From Okamejei kenojei (taxonomy: Eukaryota): a stretch of DNA of 64,000 nt. Location: assembly GCA_035221665.1 (NCBI GenBank), contig JAVHYY010000086.1, forward strand, positions 434,001-498,000, read 5' to 3'. The notes below the pieces were generated by a model. It did no database searches, was not told the origin of the DNA, and saw nothing but the letters and a program-made list of their open reading frames with translations. The position numbers were made by a program, and so were the translations under genes. Below are positions 61,747-64,000 of this stretch, in pieces. Positions within the stretch are counted from its first letter, which is position 1. Each line of letters starts with the position of its first letter.

Positions 61747-62915
61747 AAACATAGAAACATAGAAACATAGAAATTAGGTGCAGGAGTACGCCATTCAGCC
61801 CTTCGAGCCTGCACCGCCATTCAATATGATCATGGCTGATCATCCAACTCAGTATCCCGTACCTGCCTTCTCTCCATACCCTCTGATCCCCTTAGCCACA
61901 AGGGCCACATCCAACTCACTCTTAAATATAGCCAATGAACTGGCCTCAACTACCCTCTGTGGCAGAGAGTTCCAGAGACTCACCACTCTCTGTGTGAAAA
62001 AAGTCTTTCTCATCTCGGTCTTAAAGGATTTCCCCCTTATCCTTAAGCTGTGACCCCTTGTCCTGGACTTCCCAACATCGGGAACAATCTTCCTGCATCT
62101 AGCCTGTCCAACCCCTTAAGAATTTTGTACGTTTCTATAAGATCCCCTCTCAATCTCCTAAATTCCAGAGAGTATAAACCGAGTCTAATCCAGTCTTTCT
62201 TCATAAGACAGTCCTGACATCCCAGGAATCAGTCTGGTGAACCTTCTCTGCACTCCCTCTATGGCAATAATGTCCTTCCTCAGATTTGGAGACCAAAACT
62301 GTACGCAATACTCCAGGTTGTGGTCTCACCAAGACCCTGTACAACTGAAGTAGAACCTCCCTGCTCCTGTACTCAAATCCTTTTGCTATGAAAGCTAACA
62401 TACCATTCGCTTTTTTTCACTGCCTGCTGCACCTGCATGCCTACTTTCAATGACTGGTGTACCATGACACCCAGGTCTCGCTGCATCTCCCCTTTTCCTA
62501 ATCGGCCACCATTTAAATAATAGTCTGCTTTCCTGTTTTTGCCACCAAAAGTGGATAACCTCACATTATCCACATTATACTGCATCTGCCAAACATTTGC
62601 CCACTCACCCAGCCTATCCAAGTCACCTTGCAGTCTCCTAGCATCCTCCTCACAGCGAACACTGCCCCCCAGCTTAGTGTCATCCGCAAACTTGGAGATA
62701 TTGCCTTCAATTCCCTCATCCAGATCATTAATATATATTTTAAATAGCTGGGGTCCCAGCACTGAGCCCTGCGGTACCCCACTAGTTACTGCCTGCCATT
62801 GTGAAAAGGACCCATTTACTCCTACTCTTTGCTTCCTGTTTGCCAGCCAGTTCTCTATCCACAATCAATACTGAACCCCTAATACCGTATGCTTTAAGTT
62901 TGTATACTAATCTCT
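61747..62915 (-). mobile_element. Young CR1 LINE, 5'-truncated, nearly identical to 41015-42180
   Basis: GVPQGSVLGP, FADDTKLGG and (TATGTTTC)n tail. Confidence 0.97.
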
Positions 62916-63401
62916 ACTAGTTTGTATACTAGTCCTTGTAGACTAATTGTTATTAGATTTGTTTGCACCCCGTTTAACCGTATATGTTTTTGTATTACAC
63001 TTAGACTTTCGTTCCCACTGACTTCGTACGTTTCAGATTGGATTATTTCCATTCTGTTCAACGGAGACAGTCGCCAGGTAGGAAATATGCACGCTGTCGC
63101 AGTTGTAAGGCATTACGTATTCTGTGCAAGAAGGAGAGAGAACACAGCAGAACAGTAGGCGTATGTGACGTTAATGCCAGCACCTTCAATGGATAAAATA
63201 TTCGGCACGTCCATATTGTTCAACCACCTGGAAAGGTAAGGGAACTGAAGATGCCTTCGCTAAAGTTAATGCAGATATAAAGGAAACGGTCAGGGTTAAG
63301 AGTTTGATTGAATATAAAAGTAGTTATCTATGTCTTGCTCATTGTCTTCGTTTCGGATGTCAACTGCAAAATCTACTGAGAGCCGAAAGGCAAAGAGATT
63401 C

Positions 63402-63664
63402 NNNNNNNNNNNNNNNNNNNNNNNNNNNNNNNNNNNNNNNNNNNNNNNNNNNNNNNNNNNNNNNNNNNNNNNNNNNNNNNNNNNNNNNNNNNNNNNNNNN
63501 NNNNNNNNNNNNNNNNNNNNNNNNNNNNNNNNNNNNNNNNNNNNNNNNNNNNNNNNNNNNNNNNNNNNNNNNNNNNNNNNNNNNNNNNNNNNNNNNNNNN
63601 NNNNNNNNNNNNNNNNNNNNNNNNNNNNNNNNNNNNNNNNNNNNNNNNNNNNNNNNNNNNNNNN
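63402..63664. other. Assembly gap
   Basis: N run. Confidence 1.
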
Positions 63665-64000
63665 TTATGCAGCTGCATAGCGAACGATTCCGCCTATTGA
63701 TTGTGTAGTAGTCTCCACGCTGCTAACGTGTTGAAATAATTAGGACAATAGTCTTTCGCATTTTTAATGTATGGGGCATGGCCACTGTTTACTTGCAATA
63801 TTCACTGTTTGAATTCGGCAAAGCGCCGTATTTTCAATTTGCGTTTTAAAACGAGGAATCTGCATATTAGAAGAACATTTAATAAGGAAATGATAATTTA
63901 TCAAGTTACGGTGAATACAATGTGATGGCGCAATACGATACAAAATAAAGTTTCATTTAATATATCGGGTATGATGTAACGGACGCAAAGCTATCTGCAG

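Overview
Vertebrate genomic DNA, most likely from a cartilaginous fish such as a skate or ray (inferred from the repeat families and gene types, not proven). The window is part of a T-cell receptor alpha/delta-type V-gene array. It holds six V segments in mixed orientation: one intact (leader 30114-30156, V exon 31195-31501, 23-RSS), one open but lacking the conserved FR2 Trp, and four pseudogenes. Four copies of a two-exon rhodopsin-class GPCR of the GPR139/GPR142-like type are interleaved among the V genes, all apparently disabled. The rest is transposon-dense: a class I endogenous retrovirus (1009-8319; 648-bp LTRs, TTAA target duplication) inside a CR1, two DIRS1-type tyrosine-recombinase retrotransposons (one splits a GPCR at an ATT crossover), many CR1 LINEs, L2, Rex1-like and Penelope fragments, and SINEs. 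Several Penelope-derived repeats carry minimal hammerhead-ribozyme motifs. There are two assembly gaps, and many homopolymer indels may be sequencing errors. No convincing D, J or C segments were seen.
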